Positions 38,033 to 57,812 of a stretch of DNA of 64,000 nucleotides are shown piece after piece. Both the position numbers and the translations under genes were made by a program. Within the stretch, counting starts at the first letter, position 1. Each line of letters begins with the position of its first letter. The notes beneath the pieces were generated by a model. That model did no database searches, was not told the origin of the DNA, and worked only from the letters and a program-made list of their open reading frames with translations. The stretch is from the human T2T-CHM13v2.0 reference genome, Homo sapiens. The stretch is taken from NCBI RefSeq assembly GCF_009914755.1, contig NC_060928.1. One strand, written 5' to 3'.

Positions 38033-40410
38033 CCCAAGAGACGATGAAGATATTATCTCTGAAAAAGAAGAAAATATTTTATCTTTATCTTTGAAGCATC
38101 TAGAGTTCACTGAAGAGAAGAATCTTGATGTAACCAAAGAAACAATGTTACCTGAGAATGTTGCATATCTCTCTAATGCAGATTTAAACAAAAGAAGAAA
38201 AGAAATAAGTGATATGAATCCTAGCATTCAAAGTGCTTTAATTCTGGAAACTCCACACATGTATTTTTCTGACTCTGAAAGCAAACTACAGGCAACAGAC
38301 AAAAGTGAAAACGAGCAAATAGAAATGGTGGCTGTAAAAGGGTATAGTAAAACTGACACAGATAGTTCTATGGAGAGAGTATCACCTAGTACTTGCTGTA
38401 GTGAAAATAATCAAGAAGACTGTGATCTTGCAAATAGTGGACCACTTCAAAATGAAAAATCCTCACCTGGTGAAATAGTGGAAGAAAGAGCAACAGTAAC
38501 GAAAAAAGCCTTTGGGAAACAAAAAAGCAAATCGACTTTGGAAAAGTTCCCAAGACATGAGCTATCAAATTTTGTTGGTGACTGGCCAGTTGATAAGACT
38601 ATTGGTCAGAGGACAAAAAGGAACAGAAAAACTGAAAAAACTTCATCCGTACAAAGCGACAAAAAGTATAATTACCCTCAGTCACACAAATTAGTTAACA
38701 GTGTATCTGTGAATACAGATTGTGTCCAGCAACGAGGATCTCCACATGAAAGTGTAGAGGATGGCAGAAAGTCACAGTGTGATGATGCTTCAGAGCCACT
38801 CAATAGCTATAAATATGATGCTTATAAAAATATTGACAAAAACTCATTCAACATTATGGGTGACTGGCCTTCATCTGATTCTTTAGCTCAGAGGGAACAC
38901 AGATCAAGAATGCCAAAGACTGGTTTAAGTGAGCCCAACCTAGAAATTGGAACAAATGACAAAATGAATGAAATATCCTTATCTACAGCACATGAGGCCT
39001 GTTGGGGCACAAGCTCTCAAAAACTAAAGACATTGGGTAGCTCCAATCTAGGAAGTTCTGAAATGCTGCTCAGTGAAATGACCTGTGAGAGTCAGACTTG
39101 TCTAAGTAAAAAGAGTCATGGGCAACACACATCGTTGCCTCTTACTTTTACCAATAGTGCACCAACTGTTTCTGGAGTAGTAGAACCACAAACGTTAGCT
39201 GAATGTCAAGAGCAAATGCCTAAGAGAGACCCTGGAAAAGAAGTAGGCATGTGCACCCAGACTGAACCACAGGATTTTGCTCTTTTATGGAAAATAGAAA
39301 AGAATAAAATTAGCATTTCAGATTCTATCAAAGTATTAACAGGAAGATTAGATGGATTTAAGCCGAAAGTTTTCAATATTAACACAAAATCAGACGTTCA
39401 AGAAGCAATTCCATATAGAGTAATGTATGATAAAAGCACGTTTGTTGAAGAAAGTGAGCTTACCAGTGCAGATGAATCTGAAAATCTTAACATTCTTTGT
39501 AAACTGTTTGGATCCTTTTCATTAGAAGCCCTGAAAGACTTATATGAGAGGTGCAATAAAGATATTATTTGGGCCACAAGCCTTTTGTTGGATTCTGAAA
39601 CTAAGTTATGTGAGGATACAGAGTTTGAGAATTTCCAAAAATCGTGTGATGGATCACAAATTGGGCCTTTTTCTCTGGGGTTGAATTTGAAAGAAATTAT
39701 TAGCCAAAGAGGAACTTTAGAGAATTCTAATTCTCCTGTGCCAGAGTTTAGCCATGGGATTGGTATTAGTAACGCTGACTCACAGTCTACTTGTGATGCA
39801 GAAAGAGGAAACTCAGAGCAGGCGGAAATGAGAGCTGTCACTCCTGAAAACCATGAATCGATGACAAGTATATTTCCCAGTGCTGCTGTGGGTCTAAAGA
39901 ATAATAATGACATACTTCCTAACAGCCAGGAAGAACTTTTATATAGCAGTAAGCAGTCCTTTCCAGGTATTCTAAAAGCTACTACTCCTAAAGATATGAG
40001 TGAAACAGAAAAAAACCTAGTAGTCACAGAGACTGGAGACAACATACATTCTCCTTCACATTTCTCTGATATTTTTAACTTTGTATCTAGTACTTCAAAT
40101 CTTGAATTAAATGAAGAAATTTATTTTACTGATTCTCTTGAAATAAAGAGAAATGAAAATTTTCCAAAGGATTATGTGAAATTTTCAGATGAAGAAGAAT
40201 TTATGAATGAAGATGAGAAGGAAATGAAGGAAATTCTAATGGCAGGAAGTAGTTTATCAGCTGGAGTTAGTGGGGAAGATAAAACCGAGATATTGAATCC
40301 CACTCCAGCGATGGCCAAATCTCTGACCATAGACTGTCTGGAATTGGCATTACCCCCTGAACTGGCTTTTCAACTTAATGAATTATTTGGTCCTGTTGGT
40401 ATTGATTCAG
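38033..40410 (+). CDS. N4BP2: N4BP2 coding exon 7 (giant 2378-nt internal exon)
   Basis: cttacAG|CCCAAGA; in frame with ORF 38091-40451 (786 aa); donor CAG|GTAAGG after ...FGPVGIDS. Confidence 0.96.
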
Positions 40411-40451
40411 GTAAGGAAAAAGTAAATGACCATGTGTGTGTCTTTGTGTGA

Positions 40452-40694
<243 letters not shown>

Positions 40695-41227
40695 TAATTT
40701 TATGTTGCCTAACTTCACATAGTGCCTTATTTTTGACACATTTCTGGAGGACTTTAAAAAATACAATAGGAAGAAATAGAGAATATTTATATGGAGTTTG
40801 TATTTATCCCATACATAGTTTGAACGTTTTCTCTGGTATTTACTTCACACTTAATTGTACGGATGAACCTTTTAAAATCCTTTGGTGCTACTCCAGATAC
40901 ATTTAAGACAAGATTAATTTTTTAGAACATATTTATTGAAAAGTCTTGACTAATAGAAATGAATAAAGTAAACATATTTAGACTCATGGAAAGGAATAAC
41001 TTAGATTTACTGTGAAGCTTTGTATAACTGCAGTAGTCAAGAAGTGTGAAGACAGTAACATAGCATATAACATAAATAGAAATACTCTAAGATTTAGTAA
41101 ATAGAAGCATAAGTTAGGAATTAATAGTACAAGTTAGTTTTGTGATGCATAAGGTGGTTTAGTATGTTTTCTGCAAATATATAATGAGTAATGATTACAT
41201 TTTCTTCCCTCCCCCTTCCCCCACAAG

Positions 41228-41313
41228 GGTCTCTAACAGTTGAAGATTGTGTGGTTCATATAGATCTGAATCTGGCGAAAGTGATTCATGAGAAATGGAA
41301 AGAATCTGTAATG
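41228..41313 (+). CDS. N4BP2: N4BP2 coding exon 8
   Basis: C-rich pyrimidine tract + cacaAG|GG; GSLTVEDCVVHIDLNLAKVIHEKWKESVM; donor ATG|GTTGGT; 86 nt; phase fits. Confidence 0.9.
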
Positions 41314-41715
41314 GTTGGTAGGCTTCTTTTTATAAAGAGCTCCTTTTTTGTCCATTTTGAACCTTTGAATTTCAGTGAAATCTACCACATAATATTAAGG
41401 AGTTCTATTGAATTTTGGCTTTGAGATGGAAGAGTTCTATTGAATTTTGACTTTGAGAGAGAATGAACTTGTACCATTTAACAGATTACTGTCTTTTTTT
41501 TTCTCTCTTTTCAGTAGTTTAAGTATTTCCAGACAGCCAAATTATATAATTAGCGATGGAGCTCATTGTAATTGTTGATTTTTTTTATATCTTTTTTCTA
41601 TTTTAGAGACAGTGTCTAGCTCTGTTGCCCTGGTTGAGTGCAGTGGCACAATCATAGCTCACTGCAGCCTTGAACTACTGGGCACATGATCCTCCTGCCT
41701 TAGCCTCCAGAGTAG

Positions 41716-41880
<165 letters not shown>

Positions 41881-42260
41881 TGACCTGTTTTTTTTTTAAG
41901 AAAATAATTATAAACAGTGAGTTTTTCACTCCCAGAATTAAAGACTTCAATGCTGATTGGTTAAATTTCAAAGACAGTTCTTAATTTATTTAAAAATTTT
42001 TTTCAGACCATTCTTCATAACAAGAAATTTTTTTTTTTAAATGCAGTATTTTTACCATTCTAGAAGTGGAAAAAATATGTAGCTGTAGTCATACTTCATA
42101 ATTTTTATTATCTAACTTTATTGTTTTACTTAGATTGAGTAAGAATGGTTTACAGTTATACAAGGAGAAATGATTTCTAGAGAAAAATAATATAACCTTG
42201 TATCCTTGTTTACTAATGCACTCCCTGTTTGCCAATCTCTTGCCTGGCTTTTGTGTTTAG

Positions 42261-42306
42261 GAGCGACAAAGACAAGAAGAGGTGTCTTGTGGCAAGTTTA
42301 TGCAAG
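42261..42306 (+). CDS. N4BP2: N4BP2 coding exon 9
   Basis: ttgtgtttAG|GAG; ERQRQEEVSCGKFMQ; donor AAG|GTAAAG; 46 nt; needed to join a phase-0 intron to a phase-1 intron. Confidence 0.88.
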
Positions 42307-42429
42307 GTAAAGCACATGTTTTTATTTCTAATGTCTTAATGTTGAAATTTGGTGTGTGTGTTTGAATTTTAACTCATTCTAAATTACTTCCACAAAATAC
42401 GGTACCCACAAATTTTGATTTGCAAATAA

Positions 42430-42754
<325 letters not shown>

Positions 42755-43694
42755 TAAAAATATTTAATATTTTATTGATATGAAATAAAATAAAACTTAA
42801 AGGGGGAAAAAGCCCCTATAATGTATATTGAACTTTCATGAGTGCTGTGGAACACCTAGGGTATGCTCTCAAAGCATTTCCTGTTGAGGTTTTGCTCTGC
42901 ATGAAAGAAAACTTTTGGTTTGAGAGCAACAGAGTGTTCATGTGTTTGATCAAGAACATCATTGAAATATTACTTGGTTATTCAAAGTTTTTATTGATGT
43001 CAGTATTGTTAGACCACAAAACCCAGCCTGCTTTTTGGTACATCCTGCCAACTTGAAAATATTTGATTCCAGATGACTTCTCTTAGATAGTGTTGTCTTC
43101 AGTGACTGTTGCAGGGTGGCAGACCTGTTATTAAGCATCCTCCTTTTGTGCCTGAGTTCCTCCACATGCCTCTGTTGTCCAGTCCACACTGGGACCAAGG
43201 CAAGGAGTTTCACCTTGAAGATTCTTAGGATCCACTTTGGTCCAGACCTGTGCTCATGTCATAGCCTCAAGAGCTACAGCTGATGTAGGGATAGAGGTGC
43301 CCAAAGGATGGTGTGCAAATGCCAGTGTCTATTGTTTCTTCACTCTCTAGGACAGCAGAGGAATGTATCAGAATGTGTTGATACTCCTCTGAGAAGTTGA
43401 AATGTTACACATTAAATTCTGTTGTTGTGAACTTCCTAGAATGTTCAGTTCCTTATTTTGAATATCATTTGCCCACTCTTTATTGTGTGCCTTCACTGAG
43501 TTACAGGTTTGCCAAAGTAATCGATCTTCTTGGTCCTTAGAATGGGTGGCCAGAGCAGACTGTAGCTGTTATGGTTGCTCACTTCCAGCTGGCTACAACT
43601 TCCTCTATTTACCAGTGTCCTGTATACATGTCACTATGTTTTGGGTTGATATGATATGAAAAAGAGTGGGAAGCATTGAGTCAGTTTAAAATTA

Positions 43695-44029
<335 letters not shown>

Positions 44030-44234
44030 TTAAAATATTGCTACATTAACACATACTATTTCTTACTTGCGATGACGTGAAGATGTATTTTACAATTTCA
44101 GAGTTGTGTTATATTTACAAACTGAAAATTAAAAAACTGTTTCCTTGGTCTCTGAGGTAAATATAACAGAGTGAATAATGTTTAATTTATACATTTATTG
44201 TTGAGAGTATGACAGTATTTATACTACTTTGTAG

Positions 44235-44431
44235 ATCCTTCCTTGGTTGGACATACTGGGCTTGATAATCCTGAACAAAAATCATCTCAGAGAACAGGCA
44301 AAAAATTACTGAAGACTTTAACAGCATCTGAAATGCTACCTTTATTGGATCATTGGAATACTCAAACTAAAAAAGTATCACTCAGAGAAATAATGTCAGA
44401 AGAAATTGCCTTACAGGAAAAACATAATTTG
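44235..44431 (+). CDS. N4BP2: N4BP2 coding exon 10
   Basis: ctttgtAG|AT; DPSLVGHTGLDNPEQ...WNTQTKKVSLREIMSEEIALQEKHNL; donor TTG|GTATGA; 197 nt. Confidence 0.93.
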
Positions 44432-44699
44432 GTATGAATTAATATAAATATTAAGCTACTGTCTCTGATTCTGGTTTATTGTGTATGTTTACTTTGTGAT
44501 TTTTTCAAAGTATTTTCTAGTCTAGAATCCATATTTAACCTGATTGAATTTAATGTTAAAATTGAAAAATATTTTAAGTATAATTTGAAGCTGGAGGTTT
44601 TTGCTTCAGGGAAATTAGTTAATACTCAACTATAAGCCATCCATGTTAAGTTTGTGTTGTTTTAGATTTAACTGTATAGGTGATTGAGCTGCATCTTTC

Positions 44700-48850
<4,151 letters not shown>

Positions 48851-49901
48851 CCTCAGCTATTGTAATTTTTAAATTTAGGAATTTTCAGTCATTTTATTGC
48901 CTTTGAAACTGTATAGGAAGTTATTTTTCAGACATCAGCATTTTTGTAGCAAACAAAATTATTTTGTTATATCACAATGTTTAAGAATATTTATTATCAT
49001 CTTAGGTTAGAATTAAAATAGCATATTTTTAGGAAAGTTCTTTTTGTCTGACAGTTTAGAGCAGATCCAAATATGAAATGTGAGTAATAATATAATTCTT
49101 ATACAGTTATTTTGGAGTAAATATATTTGTGAAAAACTGAAAAAAAAAAATTGTGAATTCCAAGATTTCTGTCAATCTGAATTTGCAGCTTGTTTGTACA
49201 CTGTAGTTTCTGCCCATTGAGGAGAATATGTTTTGAGGACGATGTTCACAGCATCACACAGTGTCACTTTTATGAGGACCCATGGGGAAATTTCTCTCAG
49301 GTCTCAGTACCAGAAAAAGCTGTACTTCTGAGCAACTGGTTTGTTTTTATTTTATGGACACTGAGAATCTTTGTTTTCCCCTTTGCTTTGGCCACTAAGA
49401 GTCTCAGAACTAAATTTGTGGCCTACTTGTAGCAATTGTACAGGATTTTGTGGCATGCATTTATATACTAATACTGCTAGCCTTAGCTTATATTTTATCT
49501 TTATTTTCTCTGACTTCATTTATTTTTATCCTGTTTATGTGTGTGTATGTATATATATGCCTCTATATCTTCATCCTTTTAATGATTCAATGTGTTGGAT
49601 ATGCATGTGTGACAGTATGTGTATATATATTTACATACAGATGCCCACACATACATGTATACATGTGATTGTGTGTGTGTGTGTATATTTATAAGCAACT
49701 TCAAATACTTTGCAAAAAATGAGATATAAATAAATAGTGCAAGAGTACTCGTATTACTAATTTCAGCCTTTAATCCGTAAAGAAAGTCTGTGATTGCTTT
49801 TAAATCATCAGTAGTTTTGCAACAAGTTAACCATGCCTTTGGTCAGTGTTTCTAGTATTACACATTTCATCTTGAACATGATTTTTATGTTTTTGTTTTA
49901 G

Positions 49902-50020
49902 AAAAGGGAGACCCTTATGTTTGAAAAAGATTGTGCCACTAAACTAAAGGAGAAGCAGCTCTTTAAGATATTTCCAGCCATTAACCAAAATTTTCTGGTG
50001 GACATTTTCAAGGACCACAA
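49902..50020 (+). CDS. N4BP2: N4BP2 coding exon 11 (CUE-like, first half)
   Basis: ttttgttttAG|AAA; KRETLMFEKDCATKLKEKQLFKIFPAINQNFLVDIFKDH; donor CAA|GTGAGT; 119 nt. Confidence 0.93.
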
Positions 50021-50115
50021 GTGAGTGCTAGAAGGATTGTCTGTAGTTTCTACTCTGATGTCACTGAAAGCATATGCCATGTTTATTTTTCTGATAACAA
50101 AAATAATGTAAGTCT

Positions 50116-50362
50116 ACAGTAGTCTCTCCTAATCTGTGGGTATTATTCCAAGACCCACAGTGGGTGCATGAAACCACGAATATAGCTAAACCCTCTATAT
50201 ACCCTCTATATACTATGTTTTTTTCCTATAAATAAGAATTGATTTACAAATTAGGCACAGTAAAAAATTAACAACTATAACTAACAATAAAATAGAACAA
50301 TTATAACAATATATTGTAATATAAGTTATGTAAACATGGTCTCTCTCTCTGTGTCTCAAAAT
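50116..50362 (+). mobile_element. MER44/Tigger7-like DNA transposon relic
   Basis: cagtagtc...ttccaagaccc...gaaaccacg...aattaggcacagtaa matches the MER44 5' end as recalled. Confidence 0.7.
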
Positions 50363-51416
50363 ACAGTTGTCCTTCAGTATCTGGGAGATTGGTTACAGGA
50401 CAGAAAATCTTTACCATTATTGTTTCTGAGTTTTATGTTTTATTTAGGGAGTCTGTTATGTCCTAATATTATAAAAATTTTTCTTTATTATTTTAAATGT
50501 CTACCTTTTTATGTATGTGGTATGAGGTAGAGATTTATAAATGAGCTAGAGATTTAACTTGTCTTTCCAAATGACTAACCAAATGAATGGATCATCTTTG
50601 CCCACTTATATAAAACATAACCAGTAATTCTACATCTCCAAATATATATTTTAAGGACTTTAATTCCATTGAGCTATTTGTTAGATCCTGAGTTGCCACC
50701 GTGTTGTTTTAATTATTGTAGTGTTATGTTAGGTATATCAGGAATGCTCTGGTTTGAAAAATACATACTTTTGATCATGTATTTTTCTTAAATTCTTCAC
50801 AAGAGCTTGTTTTAAATAGGTACTTTTTGAGAATCTTTTGAGAATCTAATATAGATTTTGATCTTTAGTTTATTAATATATTTCATATCAATCACAATAA
50901 TGGATTTCTGGAATAAAACCTACTTTACTTTCAGATTTTTTTTTTTTCCTTTAATGCAGGTAGGAATTGATTTACTAATTCATTGGTATTTTTACAATAG
51001 TAATGAAATGGTGTTGGTCTGTGATTTTTTTTTTTCTGTTCCTGGGCTATTTTTGTCAGATTTTGGTTTCAGTGTTTTATTTGGTGTCAGGCTTAATAAA
51101 ATAAACTGGCAGCCCGCCATTTTTCCCTCTGCTGTGGAAAGTTTAAAGAACTTAGTACCTTGAAGGTTCTGGGCTTGTACCTTCTCAGAGAGAGAATCTT
51201 GGTTTATTGGTCAAAGTCTATTTTATGCTGTCTTATCATTTATTTTTTACTGATATCTTTCTCTTAAAATTTGTTAGTATATTTTCAACTCTGGTTAGTT
51301 TATTTCCTTTCAGTCTTTAATAACATACATTTAAGGTATGAATTTTTCTCTATATGTTTTGATTTTGATACATATTTTAATTTTCATTATTTTCTAAATC
51401 TCAAATTTTAGTTTGA

Positions 51417-51560
<144 letters not shown>

Positions 51561-51563
51561 TAA

Positions 51564-51900
<337 letters not shown>

Positions 51901-51928
51901 ACTTTTTTGTGTGTGTGTGTTTGTGTGA

Positions 51929-52090
<162 letters not shown>

Positions 52091-53004
52091 TAGAGATGGA
52101 GTTTCACCATGTTGCCCAGGCTGGTCTTGAACTCCTGAGCTCAAGGGATTCTTCCCCTATTGGCCTCCCAAAGTTCTGGGATTACAGGTGTGAACCACCG
52201 TGCCCAGCCCAGTCTGTACTTAAGAATATTTATTCTCTGCTGAGTGTGCAGAGTTCTAAATATGTCACCTAAATCAAATCTTTAAAAGTAGTATTCCAAT
52301 CCCTAATTTTCTTATTTATTTTTGCTACCTAACTTGCTATTTTCTGAGAGTTTTGTGTTAAAATCTCCCAGATGCCAGAGGTTGATGCTAGCATATGGCC
52401 ACTCCTGTTCTATGAGTACCTAGAGCAAGAGGCCTGAGGTGAAATAGCTCAGAGTTGTGCTTCCCCAGGCAAAGGAGGGGGCTGGGTGTGTCCTTCTGGG
52501 GATGGTCAGTGATTGGTCAGCCAGGGCCCTCATGTTAGGTGGCTGATTGCCTCCATTTGTCTGCCAACGGCTGGCTGATTCTCTCAGCTAGCAGTAGGTT
52601 CAGCTTCATCCTGGTAAGAAGGGTAGGTGAGCTCAGTTACTACAGTATGTGCTTGAGGTGTAATCTTCTAGGGCTGTTTGCCTCAAACAACATCAGGGCT
52701 GGAGACTGACTTCCAGCAGGTGAGTGATTTTAAGGCCTAGAAAGGATGTGGATAATTGTTGGTAGCATCCAGCCCCTAATACTGATATCCTTTGTGTTGA
52801 GCATATCTGAGGCAGCAAGATGAGAGGGGAAGTGGAACTGGTAGTTGCACATGGCTTCCTTTCAAGGGTTGTCTTTAATAAATTGAAGAATAGCAAAATA
52901 CCACATTATTTTGGATAATTAGTTTACCAAATTTCTTTCCCTTTTGCTTTCTTGCTTCTTTCTTTCTTTCTCTCTTTCTTCCTTCCTCCCTTCCTTCCTT
53001 CCTT

Positions 53005-54046
<1,042 letters not shown>

Positions 54047-54444
54047 TAGTGTGAAATACTGAGCAGCATATAATTTTTTTGAATGATTTTCTTTAGATAT
54101 TGGAACGTGAGTGTGTCAGACATTTGTTGATTTGTAGAATTTCATTCTACAGATAATATAGTATCACCGTCAAGATATGACTGAATAATGCAGGGATGAG
54201 AGGTAGGGTAGTGCTTAAGTTTTTCTTTTCTGTATCCCTGCTTAGAATTTGACTAAAATCCCATGGTAAAAGTAAATGTAGAATTTGACACAATAAAAAT
54301 GTCAGCTTAAAGGTCTATTGTCTGTGTTTGATGTTTGAAGGAAACCACATATAAATCCAACAAAGGATTTAAGAAGAATAGGTGATAAAATGAAAGAAAG
54401 ATTTGTTATGGCTAATCTGCCTGGTATAAAGGATTAGAAATTGA

Positions 54445-54496
<52 letters not shown>
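54445..54496. repeat. (ATCT)13 microsatellite at an Alu tail
   Basis: Perfect tetranucleotide run directly before an antisense Alu. Confidence 0.95.
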
Positions 54497-54498
<2 letters not shown>

Positions 54499-55044
54499 TT
54501 TTTGAGACAAAGTCTTGCTCTGTCGCCCAGGCTGGAGTGCAGTAGCACCATCTCAGCCCACTGCAACCTCTGCCTTCCGGGTTCAAGCGATTCTCGTGCC
54601 TCTCAGCCTCCCGAGTAGCTGGGATTACAGGCGCGCGTCACCACACCCAGCTAATTTTTGGGTTTTTTGTAGAGACGGGGTTTCACCATGTTGGCCAGGC
54701 TAGTCTCTTAACTCCTGACCTCAAGTGATCCACCCGCCTCGGCCCCCCGAAGTGCTGGGATTACAGGCGTGAGCTACTGTGCCTGGCTGAATTACCAATA
54801 TACTATCTTTTGGCATTCATTTTTTGAAAATTAGCTTTTGAGAACCTATTATTTGATAGTTTCCTTCTGATTATTCTTGATTTTTTTTTGAGATACACCA
54901 TGAGCATTTAATTTCAAGGTTGAAAACTTAAAAGTAAGCCAGTTTTTCATATTCTTGTAAGATGTTTGAAGATTGCTTGTGTTAATGTCCCACACAACTT
55001 ATTTTCATTTATTGACATTATGTTTCTACTTAAATTTTCTACAG

Positions 55045-55183
55045 CTATTCATTAGAACACACAGTGCAATTTCTTAACTGTGTTCTTGAAGGGGACCCTG
55101 TAAAAACAGTTGTAGCCCAAGAGTTTGTTCACCAAAATGAGAATGTCACATCTCATACTGGCCAGAAGTCTAAAGAGAAAAAG
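55045..55183 (+). CDS. N4BP2: N4BP2 coding exon 12
   Basis: ttttctacAG|C; NYSLEHTVQFLNCVLEGDPVKTVVAQEFVHQNENVTSHTGQKSKEKK; donor AAG|GTATGG; 139 nt. Confidence 0.93.
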
Positions 55184-55665
55184 GTATGGAGTTACTAATT
55201 TTTTTTCTACAAGGGTAGATAATTGCATATAAAAATATAATTGGTTCATTGAGTATAATAATTTAATGATTATTTCTCACCATTTTGACTAGACTGGAAA
55301 TTTAACCACCAATGGCATATTTGGCTTATAATATCTGTGCACTCAAAATAATGAATTTATAGCTGATTTTTTCCTTCGTGTGCATGATAAACAGGCACTT
55401 GAATTTCTGCAACTTCTGTATAGTCTGACACAGTAGAGTATGTGGTTTAATTGAATAGCAGTAATGTGATGGGTCTTGAATATAAACATGTGGGCAGAAA
55501 TATTTAGCCTTTTGGGAAAGTGCCAAATTTTTTCCCAAAGTGGCTCTACCATTTTATATTTCCACTAGAACAGTATGAGGGTTACAATTTCTCCACATCT
55601 TCACTGACATATATTATTATTTAACACCCGTCTTTTTATTATAACCATTGTAGTGAGTGGGAAGT

Positions 55666-56241
55666 TGTGTTAAGAATACCGAGAATTTGTTTTAATCAGG
55701 TATGGTAAGACGTGCAGACATGGAAGTGTCGTGAAGGAAGTTTATCATACTCACAGAGTTCTGGAAACAGGAGGTATGGCTTGCTACCCAAGTTCACATG
55801 GGGAGCCAGCAGGATTGGTCAGGAGGCAGAAGGAGTAGGGGGGAAATGTGGGCAAAAGCCTGTATTTTGGTTTCTATGGGAAGGAATGGGTAAGGCAGGG
55901 TAAGCAGGTTTAGGATTGGCTAGTTTAAATAATTTCAGCAGGCTCTGGGGCATAGGGACTTCCCCTGGTTGTCTGATACTCGGGGGCAGGTGGATAGTGC
56001 CCTGGAGTGGGAGAACTCCATTAAAGGAGGAAGTTGGAGGCATAGTTTCTGGACTGGTTGGTTTCCAAATGAAAGGCGTGCTCCCAGACAGGTGTTTGTT
56101 ATCTCTAGGAATTAGCTAAACCTGAGGGGGTTGTGAGAATGGATGGAGATGAGGGGGCAGGAGGAGCAGCCTCTCTAGTGTCATGAAGGCTGCAAAAATT
56201 CCAGTGGCAGAATACAGAAAATAAAAGACATGGTTAATACA
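55666..56241. mobile_element. Solo ERVL-class LTR (MER74/MER54-like) inserted in an antisense L1M (~55460-57580)
   Basis: TG...CA termini; 5-bp TSD gaagt/gaaat; the L1 sequence resumes across the insertion. Confidence 0.7.
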
Positions 56242-57590
56242 GAAATGGTGTCTTATTGTGGTTTTGATTTGCATTTCCTTGATGACTATTGATGTTGAGC
56301 ATCTTTTTATGTGCTATTTGTCATTTGTACATCTTTGGAAGAATGTCTGTTCATATCCTTTGTCTATTTTTAAATTGGATTATTTGTCTTTATTGTTGAG
56401 TTGTAAGTGTTCTTTATATATTCTAGATACAAGTCCCCAGTCAGACATGTGATTTGCAGATATTCTGTCCTTTCCATAGGTTGCCTTTCACTCTGTTGTT
56501 TCTGTTGTGACACTGAAGCCTTTTAAATTTGATGTAGTCTAGTTTGTCTACTTTTGCTATGTTGCCTGTGCTTCATTGCCAAATCCAATGTCATGAACTT
56601 TCCTCCTGTATTTTCTGTAGGAGTCTTATAGTTTCAGGCCTTTCATTTAGGTCTTTAATCCATTTTGAGTTAATTTTTGTATATGTAGTGAGATAGAAGT
56701 TCAAGTTGATTCTTTCGCATGTGGATATTCAGTTGTCTTGTACCATTTGTTACAAAGACTATTCTTTCCCCATTGAATTTTCTTGGCACTCTTGTTGAAA
56801 ATGAATTGACCATAGTTACAAGGATTTATTGCTGGACTCCTAATTCTATTCCATTGATCTGTATGTCTGTCCTATTGCCAGTACCACTTGTCTTGATTAC
56901 TGCGGCTTCTTGATTACTGTGGCTTTGTAGTAAGTTTTGAAATTGGGAAGTGTGAGTTTTCCAACTATGTTCTATTTATTTATTTATTTTAAGAGATTTT
57001 GGCTATTCTGGTGCCCTTGGATTTCCATGTGAATTTTAGGATTAGTTTGTGAATTTCTGCAAAGAAGCCAGCTAGAATTTTGATGGGGTTCGTGTTGAAT
57101 ATGTAGACCAATTAACAATATTAAGTCTTTCAATTCATGAAATGGAGTATCTTTCAGTTATTTAGGTCTTCTTTAATTTCCTTCAACAATGCACTATAGT
57201 TTTCAGAGTATAAATTTTACACATCTTTTGTTAAGTTTATTTCTAAATACAGTATTTTATTCTTTTTCATGCTATTGTAAATGTAAATGGAATTATTTCT
57301 TTTGTTTGTTTTGTTTCTTTCTGGTCTGGAATTATGTCCTTTTTAAAAGTTTATTTTTTGATATTACTTTTAAATTAAAAAGAGAAAAGGGTCTTGCTAT
57401 GTTGCCCAGACTGGTTTCAACTCCTGGGCTCAAGCAGTCCTCCCGCCTCAGCCTTCCAAAGTGCTAGGGTTACAGGCTTGAGCCACCGCACCTGGCCTGG
57501 AATTATGCATTAATTTTATTTTTGGATTGTTTATTACAAATACATAGACATGCAGTTGGGTTTTTTGTATTAATTTTGTATCAGCATTAG

Positions 57591-57812
<222 letters not shown>

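Noticed and set aside
39398-40045. 215-aa antisense ORF (and the 161-aa one at 20156-20641)
   Set aside because: Shadow frames of the N4BP2 coding exons; Ser/Leu/Phe-rich with no independent signal.
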